From assembly GCA_964560135.1 (NCBI GenBank), contig CAZLKN010000007.1, positions 8,418 to 72,417 on the forward strand: a DNA stretch of 64,000 bases. Direction: 5' to 3'. Origin of the DNA: an uncultured Actinomycetes bacterium (lineage in GTDB: Bacteria > Actinomycetota > JAICYB01). Below are positions 16,893 through 25,749 of this stretch, piece after piece. The first letter of the stretch is position 1. Each line of letters opens with the position of its first letter. The position numbers were made by a program, and so were the translations under genes. The notes under the pieces were generated by a model. It searched no databases, was not told the origin of the DNA, and saw only the letters and a list, made by a program, of their open reading frames with translations.

Positions 16893-18224
16893 TCACAGGA
16901 ACCCTCGCGCCCAGCCGGCCACGAAGACGCCGACCGCGGCGAAGGCGAACACGACCAGCAGGACCGAGGCGATCCGGCCGGACAGCCGGGCGCCGACCTC
17001 CGGGATCACCCGAGGGAACCGGCCGGACAGGCCGACCGGCGCACGCGGGATTCGGCCGGGGATGAGCACCGCGGCCCACCGGGCTCCGGCAGCAGCCCCG
17101 ATGAGGACCGCGCCGAGGGCCCAGACCGGGGGCTGGGGGATCGGCGCACCGGCCAGCCTCCCCGGGATCGTCGCCGCGGGGGCCCAGACCGCCAGGAGCG
17201 CACCGACACCGAGCAGTCCTGCGAGCCACACCCCTGCCAGGGGGCCTACCCGGCCTTTCGGGCGGCTGGTGGCGACGGCCGTCCGCCCGGCGAGACCGAG
17301 CATGAGAGCCAGGAGCACCACCGCCCCCTGCGATCCGCCCGACGCCGTGGCGCCCGCCGAGACGGCCACCACCACCGCGACCAGCGGCGACGGGAACCCG
17401 CCGCCGCGAACCGCCGCGGCTGTGATCCGGATCCATGCAGGCCGGGAGCCGGCCAGCCGGACGAGATGCAGGATCGTGCCCGCCCCGAGCACCCCCCACA
17501 ACCACCCCGGCGGAACCGCACCGGTCACCGCACCGCCGATCGCCACCGCCGCGAGACCGATCTCCCCCGCCCCGTCACGCACGCCGGGCCGCGCCGCCGT
17601 CGTGGCGCCGGCGAACACGACCGCACCGGCGAACACGGCCACGGTGGCTGCCACATCGGCAGCACCCGCCCCGAGCATCAGCAGGACAACCGCCTGCGTG
17701 CGGACGACCAGGAGACCGCTGGAGGGCAGCCGCTCCAGCGGACCCGCGCTCAGCGCCACCCGCCCGAGGGCCGCCGCTACCAGCAGGAGCGCCGGGCCCG
17801 TCCCGAGATCCCCCGGCCAGGTCACGAACCCGCGGGCCCATACCGACCACACCACCGCGGCCACGACGGGCACATCGCAGGCCAGCGTCCCCGCCAGCCA
17901 GCGTCGCCGGCTCTCGACGTCGTGCGAGGGCTCCACCCGGACCGCCAGCACCCCGATCATCCACGCCGCCAGGAAGGCCGCTGCGTTCGGTGCCGCACCG
18001 GCCACGAGGATCCCGGCGGCGCCCACCGCGGGGACCGCCACCCGGCGCGGCTGGGGGCCCACAAGCGTCAACCCGCCGGCAGTGACCGCCGTCCAGGCCC
18101 CGATCACCGCCACCGGCCCGCCGGTCGCGGCCGCCGCCACGGCGGCACCCAGCCACACCACGGCGGCGCCCCGGGTCCCCAGGAGGGACGCAAGCGCCGC
18201 CGCCGCGAACCACGCGAGAGTCAT
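16893..18224 (-). CDS. Polytopic integral membrane protein (443 aa), unknown function
   Basis: The track ORF 16893..18833 was trimmed to the ATG at 18224 (MTLAWFAAAALASLL...). The discarded upstream 203 codons are Arg/Gly-rich junk overlapping the next gene in another frame. About 12 Ala/Gly/Val/Leu-rich hydrophobic segments. Confidence 0.6.
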   Translation of the reverse strand: MTLAWFAAAALASLLGTRGAAVVWLGAAVAAAATGGPVAVIGAWTAVTAGGLTLVGPQPRRVAVPAVGAAGILVAGAAPNAAAFLAAWMIGVLAVRVEPSHDVESRRRWLAGTLACDVPVVAAVVWSVWARGFVTWPGDLGTGPALLLVAAALGRVALSAGPLERLPSSGLLVVRTQAVVLLMLGAGAADVAATVAVFAGAVVFAGATTAARPGVRDGAGEIGLAAVAIGGAVTGAVPPGWLWGVLGAGTILHLVRLAGSRPAWIRITAAAVRGGGFPSPLVAVVVAVSAGATASGGSQGAVVLLALMLGLAGRTAVATSRPKGRVGPLAGVWLAGLLGVGALLAVWAPAATIPGRLAGAPIPQPPVWALGAVLIGAAAGARWAAVLIPGRIPRAPVGLSGRFPRVIPEVGARLSGRIASVLLVVFAFAAVGVFVAGWARGFL

Positions 18225-18745
18225 CGCGCGAAGCCGGTCACGAGGATCCCCGCCGCGGCCAGCGCCACCAACGACGCGGCGGGCAGCCGGGCCGCGAGCG
18301 GGCGGAGGAGCAGGGCGGCGAGAGCCAGACCGATGCCTGCTCCCGTCCACCAACCGAGCACCACCCACGGATCGGCCCCACCGGGCCCCGGGGCGCAGTA
18401 CATCGGGATCAGCACCACCAGCGCCGCCACCGTCGCCGCCCGGGCCACCGGCGGAGCCGTCCGCAGCGGCCGGCGGGACAGCTCGAGCAGCGCTGCTGCC
18501 AACAACAGCACGGAGCCCACCACGAGCAGCGGTGAGCCCGTGGCCACCGTCGGACCGAGGAGCCGCGTGGCGGCTTGGACGTCGGCCAGCGTGGTGGTGC
18601 CCCAGCGCAGGCCCGCCCCCAGACACGCGATCCCCCACGCGACATCGGGGGAAGACCCCAGAGCCCAGCGGATGGTCCAGAGACCCGCGACGATCCAGAC
18701 GATGCCTCCGTCGGACCCGAATGCGCCCACGGCCACCGCGGCCAC
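18221..18745 (-). CDS. Integral membrane protein (174 aa), translationally coupled to the downstream 443-aa membrane protein
   Basis: 4-5 hydrophobic segments. Its TGA stop overlaps the ATG of the next gene (ATGA at 18221..18224). Confidence 0.5.
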   Translation of the reverse strand: MAAVAVGAFGSDGGIVWIVAGLWTIRWALGSSPDVAWGIACLGAGLRWGTTTLADVQAATRLLGPTVATGSPLLVVGSVLLLAAALLELSRRPLRTAPPVARAATVAALVVLIPMYCAPGPGGADPWVVLGWWTGAGIGLALAALLLRPLAARLPAASLVALAAAGILVTGFAR

Positions 18746-18795
18746 ACCCGCACCGACGAGGGCTCCGCGGACGGTACGGGGCTGCAGGTCGGTGG

Positions 18796-19179
18796 CTACT
18801 TCGACGCCTCCCGTCCCCGGCCGCCATCCTCACGACCGAGCCCGAGCTGCGAGCGCAGATGGTTCCACGAGCAGTCGGTGCACACCTCGACGGTGTAGAG
18901 CCGCACCTCCCGGAGCTTCAACAGGGGTGCGAGGTCGTCGCGCGGCCACACACGCCCGTTCTCGCGTTTCGACAACTCATCGGAGAACACGTAGGAGACC
19001 AGCACGAGCCTCCCCGTGCTGCACACCGGGCAGGCCTGCTCCGTCTGCTCACCGCAGTAGTTGGCAGCGCGGAGCAGATCAGGATGCGCGTCACAGACCT
19101 CAGCCCGCGACACGTGTCCGGCTTGGACGGCCCGGAGGAGAGCCTTCCGGGCGAGCGAGTAGTCCACCGTCGGGTGCAT
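18796..19179 (-). CDS. Small conserved Cys-rich protein, DUF5318-like by size, Cys pattern and neighbourhood
   Basis: Trimmed to MHPTVDYSLARKALL... (127 aa). Cys motifs are CPVC and CTDC plus two further Cys. From memory, actinobacteria carry a DUF5318 gene near padR-ino1. Confidence 0.5.
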   Translation of the reverse strand: MHPTVDYSLARKALLRAVQAGHVSRAEVCDAHPDLLRAANYCGEQTEQACPVCSTGRLVLVSYVFSDELSKRENGRVWPRDDLAPLLKLREVRLYTVEVCTDCSWNHLRSQLGLGREDGGRGREASK

Positions 19180-19225
19180 GGTCCGGCTATGGTCCCAAAC
19201 CACCGGGGAGGCGGCAAGAAGCGGA

Positions 19226-19249
19226 GGAGGGCCCCCGCCGGGGCCCTCC
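19226..19249 (-). terminator. GC hairpin downstream of the 907-aa Ig-like protein gene
   Basis: 10-bp stem GGAGGGCCCC/GGGGCCCTCC with loop CGCC, 24 nt past the stop at 19274. Confidence 0.45.
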
Positions 19250-19273
19250 CGCAAAAACAAGCCGCTCGTCGTC

Positions 19274-21997
19274 TCAGACCGCGCCGTAGACCGTGACCTC
19301 GATCGTCGGTCCGTCGGTCTCGAGGTTCCCTGCGTAGTCCTGGGACTGCACCTGGAAGCGCCATGTGCCGGGCCCCAGACTGCTCGTGTTGAGCTGCCAG
19401 GTCACCTCGCTGGCGTTGGGGTGGGACTTGGCCGCCGGCTGGGCGAAGTACCCCCCGCCGTCGACCCTCGTCCCGATGAGATAGACCAACTGGATATCCG
19501 ACGTCGCGGGGCTCTCCACCGTCTCGCCCTCGAGGCTCACGGTGCTGAACCGCAACGGTGTGAACGGCACCGAGAGGCGGAAGAACTGCGCGCCGGACTC
19601 CGTGGTCCACGTCGACACGGGTGTGGTCAGGTCCAGGATGGACGTTCTCGTCACCGTGGTCGTCTGCCCGAAGGAGTCGGTCATCTCGGCGACGAACGTC
19701 ACCTCGCCCTCGACCAGATCGCTGAGATCGATCTGGAAGGCCCAATCCTCCTCGCTCGAACCGTCGCCCAGCAGCTTGGGCCCGTCCGAGGCGGTGTTCC
19801 CCTCCTCGTCGGTCGCGGTCATCGTCGCGCTGACCGGCGAAACCACCGTGGAGGCGTCCCTGTCGAGGTTGATCGTCTCCGTGCCGATGGGCGAGCTGTC
19901 CCCGCTGGTGCGCTCGGCGTTGATGAACTGCGGCAGATCGAAGGAGAAGACCCCCGCGGTCACGTGCAGATTCGAATCGTCGGTGGCCGAGGCGCTGTTG
20001 CCGGCCAGGTCCACGCCGGTGACCGTGGCCACGATCGGGCCCTCGTCGAGCTCCCCGAAGCAGTCCATGTCGAAGACCTCAGAGCCGACACGTGGCTGGT
20101 CCGTCAGGAGGCATTCGGCGGGAGCCGCGGCGCCCACGTTGGCCACACCGACCTCGACATCGGGCCCGGTCTCGTCGACATCCCAGTCGATCGTGACGCC
20201 GGAGGAGGCCTCCGCAGCGGTCACGATCCCGTCACCATCGAGCATCGAGATGCTCACGGCCGGCGGGATCGTGTCCTTGACCGAAGCCACGCTGCGCAGC
20301 GAAGACCGGTTGTCCACGTCGTCGAACCATTGCACGAAGAACCGGAAGGTGCCCTCCGGCAGGTTCGCCGCGCAGTCCGGGTTCAAGGAGTCCGTCCCCG
20401 ACGGCCCGAAGATGAACGGGCCACAGCCGTCCGGGATCCGGTTGTCACGCCGGATCGAGGAGTTGCTCCACTGGAACCACACCTCGGCCCCCGCCACGTC
20501 CGCGCCCGGATCCTCGGTCCAGGAAACCGGCACACCGCTGGCGGCATCGGCCGCGTTGACGAAGCCGTCGCCGTCGTCGATGGCCGCCGTGCCTGCTGCC
20601 GGGATCGTGGTCTTCTTCAGCGCGTCGACCGACGCCTGCGAGGCGTTGCCGAGCGCATTCGTGGCCACGGCCACGTAGGTGACGGTGCCGTCCGCCAGCG
20701 TGGAGACATCGATACCGGACACCGACCAGTTGCCGTCACCGTCGACGGTGGCGGGGAAGGGGCCGAGGTCCAGGGCGCCGTCCGTCGCCGACACGTCCAC
20801 CGTGGCACCAGGATCGGTCGTGCCCGACGCGTCGGTGGATGTCTGGGCCGCGGCGTTGATCGGGTCGGTGACCTCGGTGATGTCGATCGCGGGACCTTCG
20901 CGGTCCAGGATCCCGATCACCGACCCCGAACCGGCGTTGCCGGCGAGGTCCCCACCGGCGACGGTCGCCGTGAGCTCGCCGTCCAGCAGCTCGTCGAAGC
21001 AGGAGGCGTGGAAGAGCCGCTCGGTGCGCTGCGTCGGGTACCCGCGGGGGCGGCCGGTGAACACGCACTCCGCCGGTGCCTCCGACCCGGTGTTGGCGAG
21101 GGACGCTTCGACCGTGCCGCCGTCCTCGTCGGCGAGCCAGCGGAGCCGGACCCCGGCGTCGATGTGGGGCTCGGCGATGTGCCGGACACCATCGATGATG
21201 ACGCCGTCGCGGAACTGGACGGTCCACGTCGGCGCGACGGTGTCTTTGACCGTGGTGTCGCCGGCCTCAGAGGACATGTTGCCCGCCTCGTCCGCCCAGG
21301 TGCCCGCGAACAAGACCGTGCCGTCGGGCAGGTTGCCCGCGCACGTCGGGTTCAGGGAGCCGGTCCGCGTCGCAGCTCCGGTAAAGGGACCGCAGCCGGA
21401 CGGGATGTTGGCCGCGGAGTCCTCGAACCACACGGTGGCCGACACCGCATCCGACAGCGGATCGGCCTCGATCTGGACCGGGACACCCGAGGCCACGTCG
21501 TCGGCGTTGATGAAGCCGTCGCCGTCGTCGATGGTCAGCGTGCCCGGGTCGGGCGCGATCCGGTCGATCACGGAACGGTTGTCGGAGACCGCGACGTCGC
21601 TGTTGGTTCCGCCGTCGGTGGCGACGGCACGGGCGCAGGTCTCCGTGCCCTCGGGGAAGGTGCCGGTGTCCGACAGGTCGAAGGGACCCGCCTCCCAGGC
21701 GCCGTCCGGATTCAGGGTCGCGCCCTGCGTCGGCGTGCCTGCCGTGGTCGACAGGCAGGGCTCCTTGGTGACCCGTGCCGTGATCGACGTGATGCCGGCC
21801 CCCGTGTCGTAGGTACCGGACAGCATCACGCCGTCGGTGATCTCCTGGGCGTTGAGGAAACCGTCCCCCCCGTCCTCGATGTGGACCGTCGGCTCGGGGA
21901 CGGCCGCGTGCGCGGGGCTCGCGAGGGCCAGCATCCCGCCCACAACCGCGAGCACCACGAAAGAGGCCAGATGAACCGGCCGCGATGCGTGCTGCAT
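19274..21997 (-). CDS. Secreted Ig-like-domain repeat protein (adhesin-like), 907 aa
   Basis: Trimmed to the ATG at 21997, preceded by GGGGGGAAAG. Signal peptide MQHASRPVHLASFVVLAVVGGMLALASPAHA. Recurrent DGDGF(I/L/V)NA-x-(D/E) segments, conserved Cys pairs (GCGPF...NP-x-CA-x-NLP-x-GT and PAEC...CF-x-EL) and DLAGN/DEAGN motifs. Confidence 0.8.
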   Translation of the reverse strand: MQHASRPVHLASFVVLAVVGGMLALASPAHAAVPEPTVHIEDGGDGFLNAQEITDGVMLSGTYDTGAGITSITARVTKEPCLSTTAGTPTQGATLNPDGAWEAGPFDLSDTGTFPEGTETCARAVATDGGTNSDVAVSDNRSVIDRIAPDPGTLTIDDGDGFINADDVASGVPVQIEADPLSDAVSATVWFEDSAANIPSGCGPFTGAATRTGSLNPTCAGNLPDGTVLFAGTWADEAGNMSSEAGDTTVKDTVAPTWTVQFRDGVIIDGVRHIAEPHIDAGVRLRWLADEDGGTVEASLANTGSEAPAECVFTGRPRGYPTQRTERLFHASCFDELLDGELTATVAGGDLAGNAGSGSVIGILDREGPAIDITEVTDPINAAAQTSTDASGTTDPGATVDVSATDGALDLGPFPATVDGDGNWSVSGIDVSTLADGTVTYVAVATNALGNASQASVDALKKTTIPAAGTAAIDDGDGFVNAADAASGVPVSWTEDPGADVAGAEVWFQWSNSSIRRDNRIPDGCGPFIFGPSGTDSLNPDCAANLPEGTFRFFVQWFDDVDNRSSLRSVASVKDTIPPAVSISMLDGDGIVTAAEASSGVTIDWDVDETGPDVEVGVANVGAAAPAECLLTDQPRVGSEVFDMDCFGELDEGPIVATVTGVDLAGNSASATDDSNLHVTAGVFSFDLPQFINAERTSGDSSPIGTETINLDRDASTVVSPVSATMTATDEEGNTASDGPKLLGDGSSEEDWAFQIDLSDLVEGEVTFVAEMTDSFGQTTTVTRTSILDLTTPVSTWTTESGAQFFRLSVPFTPLRFSTVSLEGETVESPATSDIQLVYLIGTRVDGGGYFAQPAAKSHPNASEVTWQLNTSSLGPGTWRFQVQSQDYAGNLETDGPTIEVTVYGAV

Positions 21998-22227
21998 GGT
22001 CTTTCCCCCCTTGCCATCCTGCCGGAGGTCACCATCTCGACCGGGACCACGAAGCACCCGCCGGGGGGGAAAGGCAGGCAACCACCTCTTGAGCGCACAC
22101 CCCTCGCGGCGCTCCGGACCCCGGAACCCGTCTCCCAGGACGGGTTCGGACTACCGGCTACGTCGCAACAGCCTTCGACATCGTTGCGTCGAAATCCTCC
22201 CCGCTACTGGCATGATCCCCAAAGACG

Positions 22228-22256
22228 GCGACGGCCCCCGGATCGGGGGCCGTCGC
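22228..22256 (-). terminator. GC hairpin downstream of the 471-aa Ig-like protein gene
   Basis: 13-bp stem around GACGGCCCCCG/CGGGGGCCGTC with a 3-nt loop, 21 nt past the stop at 22278. Confidence 0.45.
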
Positions 22257-22277
22257 GATGTCCGATCGCGGTACCGG

Positions 22278-23693
22278 CTAGAGAGCTCCGATGACCGTCA
22301 GTTCGATCTGGTCGGGGGCGCCGAGGTTGCCCGCCTCGTCCTGGGCGTAGGCGGTCAACTCCCACTCGCCGGGCTCCAGCGGAGCGTCCAGCGACCATGT
22401 CGTATCGGCCGCGGGCTTGTTCTCCAGTTTCGCCGTCCGCTCGAACCGGATGTTCCGGTCCGCATTGAACCCCGAGATGTATACCAACTGGATCGGGGAG
22501 GTCTGGCCGGGATCGGTCACGGTCCCCTGGAGGTCCGCGGTCCCGGTCCTGAAGATCAACGGGACCTGGATACGGAAGTACGTAGACCCGTCGGCCGTGG
22601 TCCATTGGGTGATCGGAGCGGTCACATCCAGCACCGTCGATGTCGAAGCAGCGTGTGTCGAGGTATCCGTAGTGATGACACCGTCGATGGTCACCGGGCC
22701 GTCGGCCAGGGCCGAGACGTCCACAGCGACCGTACGCGTCTCCTCAGACGACGTCCCCGCCATGTCCTTGGGGTCGGAGACCGCCGAATCGCCGTCCTCG
22801 TCCGTCACCGTCACGACCGCGCTGGCTTCGGCGTCACCCAGCTCCGGGAAGTCGAACAGCACCTTGAGCGCCGTCCCGTCCTCGGTGTCGGTCGCGTTGG
22901 CGTGCTGCGTGCCTGCCAGCACCGAGATCGACAGGATGCGGTCGAGGACCGATCCCGCTGAGGCCGCGCCCACGTTGCCGGCGAGGTCCTCGCCGGCGAC
23001 GGTGAAGTCGATCGCACCGTCGGTCAGGACGTCGAAGCAGCCCGGACCCACGAACACCGACTCGGGGCCCCGCGGCAGGTCGGCGAACGTACATTCCACC
23101 GGCGCCGCCTCGCCCGTGTTCGCGACCGTCAGCGTGGCATCCGGACCGTCCTCCTCGACGTGGTAGAGAACCTCGACCCCCGCGGCTGCGAGGTCCGATC
23201 CGATGTCCCCGTCGTCGTCGAGAACGTCGATCACCGCCGGAGGCGGCGTGGTGTCGATCTCGGGTCGGCTGACCGAGAACCCACGGTCGCTCATCCCGTC
23301 GGGGTTGTGTGCGCGCGCCTGGGCGCAGACGATCTGGCCTTCGGGGAACGCGGACAAGTCGAAGGGACCGAGGTCGAAGGTCCCGTCGGGGTTGATCGTG
23401 GCCTCCTGCGGATCGGTCTTCAATGGCGCGTCGATGTCGCAGTTCTCCTCGGCGACGAACCGTCCGGTCACCTTGGTGACGCCTGCGCCGGTGTCGTAGG
23501 TGCCGGTCACCATGACCCCGGCCGCGATCTCCGAGGCGTTCAGGAACCCGTCGCCGCCATCGGCGATCTCGACCGTCGGCGCCGGCGGGACGGCCGCATG
23601 AGCTGGACTCGCTGCCAGAACGCCGGAAGCGAGCGCCAGGATCAGTGCAACCGCGAGACGCGGGTAGCGCTTGTGCTGTGATGTTTGCTGCAT
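22278..23693 (-). CDS. Secreted Ig-like-domain protein, short paralog of 19274..21997 (471 aa)
   Basis: Trimmed to the ATG at 23693, preceded by GAGGGGGAG. Signal peptide ...LAVALILALASGVLAASPAHA. The N-terminal (AVPPAPTVEIADGGDGFLNASEIAAGVMVTGTYDTGAGV) and C-terminal (IQLVYISG...AQDEAGNLG) modules align with the larger paralog. Confidence 0.8.
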   Translation of the reverse strand: MQQTSQHKRYPRLAVALILALASGVLAASPAHAAVPPAPTVEIADGGDGFLNASEIAAGVMVTGTYDTGAGVTKVTGRFVAEENCDIDAPLKTDPQEATINPDGTFDLGPFDLSAFPEGQIVCAQARAHNPDGMSDRGFSVSRPEIDTTPPPAVIDVLDDDGDIGSDLAAAGVEVLYHVEEDGPDATLTVANTGEAAPVECTFADLPRGPESVFVGPGCFDVLTDGAIDFTVAGEDLAGNVGAASAGSVLDRILSISVLAGTQHANATDTEDGTALKVLFDFPELGDAEASAVVTVTDEDGDSAVSDPKDMAGTSSEETRTVAVDVSALADGPVTIDGVITTDTSTHAASTSTVLDVTAPITQWTTADGSTYFRIQVPLIFRTGTADLQGTVTDPGQTSPIQLVYISGFNADRNIRFERTAKLENKPAADTTWSLDAPLEPGEWELTAYAQDEAGNLGAPDQIELTVIGAL

Positions 23694-23953
23694 CTGCTCC
23701 CCCTCTCGGGTGTTCGTCCGGTCACGTGGAAACCGGCGCCGGCACGTCGTCCGAGAGGGTCGTGAGCAGGCCACCCCAGATGGCCCGTCCACGGTGCGAG
23801 CGCAACCCCTCAGTCGTCGCTCCGGCTCCCGGTTCCCACCGCGTCCACCGGGCGGGTGGTACCGGTAACCTGGCAGCATCCTTCTCCGCCTGGGGACCGA
23901 AATCCTGCTTCGGTTCTGGAGGCGCTTGACTTCGCGGCGTCCGGGGTAGTCTT

Positions 23954-23993
23954 ATCGATATATCGATTCGATATATCTGGCGCGATATATCGG
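23954..23993. promoter_or_regulatory. Candidate PadR operator/promoter: three tandem CGATATATC boxes
   Basis: ATCGATATATCGAT is a perfect 14-bp palindrome (23954..23967). It is followed by TCGATATATCT and GCGATATATCGG at 13-14-bp spacing, 26 nt upstream of the padR ATG. This is the only strongly AT-rich patch in the intergenic region. Confidence 0.55.
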
Positions 23994-24018
23994 TGGAACC
24001 ATATCCCGGAAGGGCACG

Positions 24019-24603
24019 ATGACGGCTTCTTCGCTCGAGCTGGCGATCCTGGGCCTCCTGAAGGAGGGCCCCATGCACGGCTACGAGCTGCGCAAGCGGC
24101 TCAGCACGACCCTCGGCCCCCTGTACGTGGTGTCGTTCGGATCGTTGTATCCGGGTTTGAAGCGCCTGAAGAAGGCCGGGATGCTGCGGGAGATCGAGGC
24201 CGAAGCCTCGCCCCGGCGCCGGCGCCGCCGCCCCGACGGGGACCCGAAGCCCGGCAAGAGCCGCCGAGCGCGCAAGGTGTACGAGATCACGCCCGAGGGC
24301 GAGGAGTTCTTCTTCGACCAGCTCGAACAGGGCGCCGTCTACGACACCGACCGCTTCAAGCTGCGGCTGGCGTTCTTTCGCTACCTGCCGCGGGAGTCGC
24401 GGATCGGCCTGATGGAGCGCCGCAAGGCGTACCTGCAGGAGAAGCTCGAAGAATTCAAAGATTCCCTCCAAGCCACCAAGGAGAGGATCGACGCCTATAC
24501 CCGTTCGCTCACCGAGCACGGGATGGAGACCGTCGAACAGGACATCCGATGGCTCGAGAAGCTGATCGACCAGGAACGCGCGGCCGGTGCGGGCCGCGGG
24601 TAG
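24019..24603 (+). CDS. PadR-family transcriptional regulator
   Basis: N-terminal winged helix LELAILGLLKEGPMHGYELRKRL...GSLYPGLKRLKKAGML and a long C-terminal coiled region. It sits directly upstream of ino1, as in other actinobacteria. Confidence 0.85.
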   Translation: MTASSLELAILGLLKEGPMHGYELRKRLSTTLGPLYVVSFGSLYPGLKRLKKAGMLREIEAEASPRRRRRRPDGDPKPGKSRRARKVYEITPEGEEFFFDQLEQGAVYDTDRFKLRLAFFRYLPRESRIGLMERRKAYLQEKLEEFKDSLQATKERIDAYTRSLTEHGMETVEQDIRWLEKLIDQERAAGAGRG

Positions 24604-24619
24604 AGGAGGACACGGCTAG

Positions 24620-25726
24620 ATGACCAAGGTACGAGTAGGCATCATCGGTGTGGGCAACTGCGCATCCGCCTTCGTCCAGGGGGTGGAGCATTACCGTGAC
24701 GCGGCGGACGACGAGGTGATCCCCGGCCTCATGCATACCGTCCTCGGCGGCTACGCCGTGGGCGACATCGAATTCGTCTGCGCCTTCGACGTGGATGCGA
24801 ACAAGGTCGGACGCGATCTCAACGAGGCCGTCTTCACCAACCCGAACAACACGCTGCGGTTCGCCGATCTGTCCCCGTCCGGCGTCCGCGTGATGCGGGG
24901 TCACACCTTCGACGGTTTGGGCCAGTTCTACCGGGATGAGATCACCGAATCCTCCGAACAGACCGTCGACGTCGCCGAAGTGCTCCGGGCCGAGAAGGTC
25001 GACGTCCTGGTGTCCTATCTGCCCGTCGGGTCCGAGCTGGCCACCCGGTTCTACGCGGAACAGGCACTGGCGGCCGAAGTCGGCTTCGTGAACTGCATCC
25101 CCGTCTTCATCGCCCAGGACCCCGAATGGGAACGCCGTTTCAAGGAGGCCAACGTTCCCATCATCGGGGACGACATCAAGTCCCAGGTCGGGTCTACGAT
25201 CGTCCACCGGCAGCTCGCGAAGCTCTTCGAGGACCGCGGCATCCACATCGACAGCACGTACCAGCTGAACTTCGGCGGCAACATGGATTTCAAGAACATG
25301 CTCGAGCGCGAGCGCCTCGCGTCCAAGAAGCTGTCGAAGACCAACGCCGTCCGGTCCAACATCAGCCAGGAGCTCAGCGACGACGACATCCACATCGGAC
25401 CGTCGGATCACGTGCCCTGGCTGGCCGACCGCAAGTGGGCCCACATCCGCCTCGAGGGCCACGGGTTCGGCGGGGCCCCCATGTCTGTGGAACTGAAGCT
25501 GGAGGTCTGGGACTCCCCGAACTCCGCCGGGGTCGTCGTCGACGCCGTCCGGTGCTGCAAGCTCGCGCTGGATCGCGGTGTCGGCGGTGCCCTCATCGGA
25601 CCCAGCGCCTATTTCATGAAGTCGCCGCCGGTGCAGTATCCCGATGACCTCGCCCGCCGCATGATCGAGGACTTCATCGAAGCCGAGGCCCCGGTCCTCC
25701 AGAGCGCCTCAGAGCGGCTCCGCTAG
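24620..25726 (+). CDS. ino1: myo-inositol-1-phosphate (inositol-3-phosphate) synthase
   Basis: N-terminus [22 protein letters not shown] is typical of actinobacterial MIPS. Length is 368 aa and it is paired with padR. Confidence 0.9.
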   Translation: MTKVRVGIIGVGNCASAFVQGVEHYRDAADDEVIPGLMHTVLGGYAVGDIEFVCAFDVDANKVGRDLNEAVFTNPNNTLRFADLSPSGVRVMRGHTFDGLGQFYRDEITESSEQTVDVAEVLRAEKVDVLVSYLPVGSELATRFYAEQALAAEVGFVNCIPVFIAQDPEWERRFKEANVPIIGDDIKSQVGSTIVHRQLAKLFEDRGIHIDSTYQLNFGGNMDFKNMLERERLASKKLSKTNAVRSNISQELSDDDIHIGPSDHVPWLADRKWAHIRLEGHGFGGAPMSVELKLEVWDSPNSAGVVVDAVRCCKLALDRGVGGALIGPSAYFMKSPPVQYPDDLARRMIEDFIEAEAPVLQSASERLR

Positions 25727-25749
25727 AACAGGCCCACCCACGGAGGCTG

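Noticed and set aside
18225-18833. Upstream 203 codons of the 646-aa membrane-protein ORF
   Set aside because: This part is a non-membrane Arg/Gly-rich sequence. It overlaps, in another frame, a coherent 174-aa TM protein whose stop forms an ATGA junction with the internal Met.
17062-19296. 744-aa and 607-aa plus-strand ORFs
   Set aside because: They lie antisense to the two membrane-protein genes and the DUF5318-like gene. The products are Pro/Arg/Ala/Thr low-complexity sequences.
19178-22294. 1038-aa plus-strand ORF
   Set aside because: It lies antisense to the 907-aa Ig-like gene. It has no motifs and is Arg/Gly/Asp/Val-rich.
23722-24519. 265-aa minus-strand ORF spanning the padR region
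   Set aside because: It lies antisense to a clear PadR winged-helix gene and runs through the AT-rich operator.
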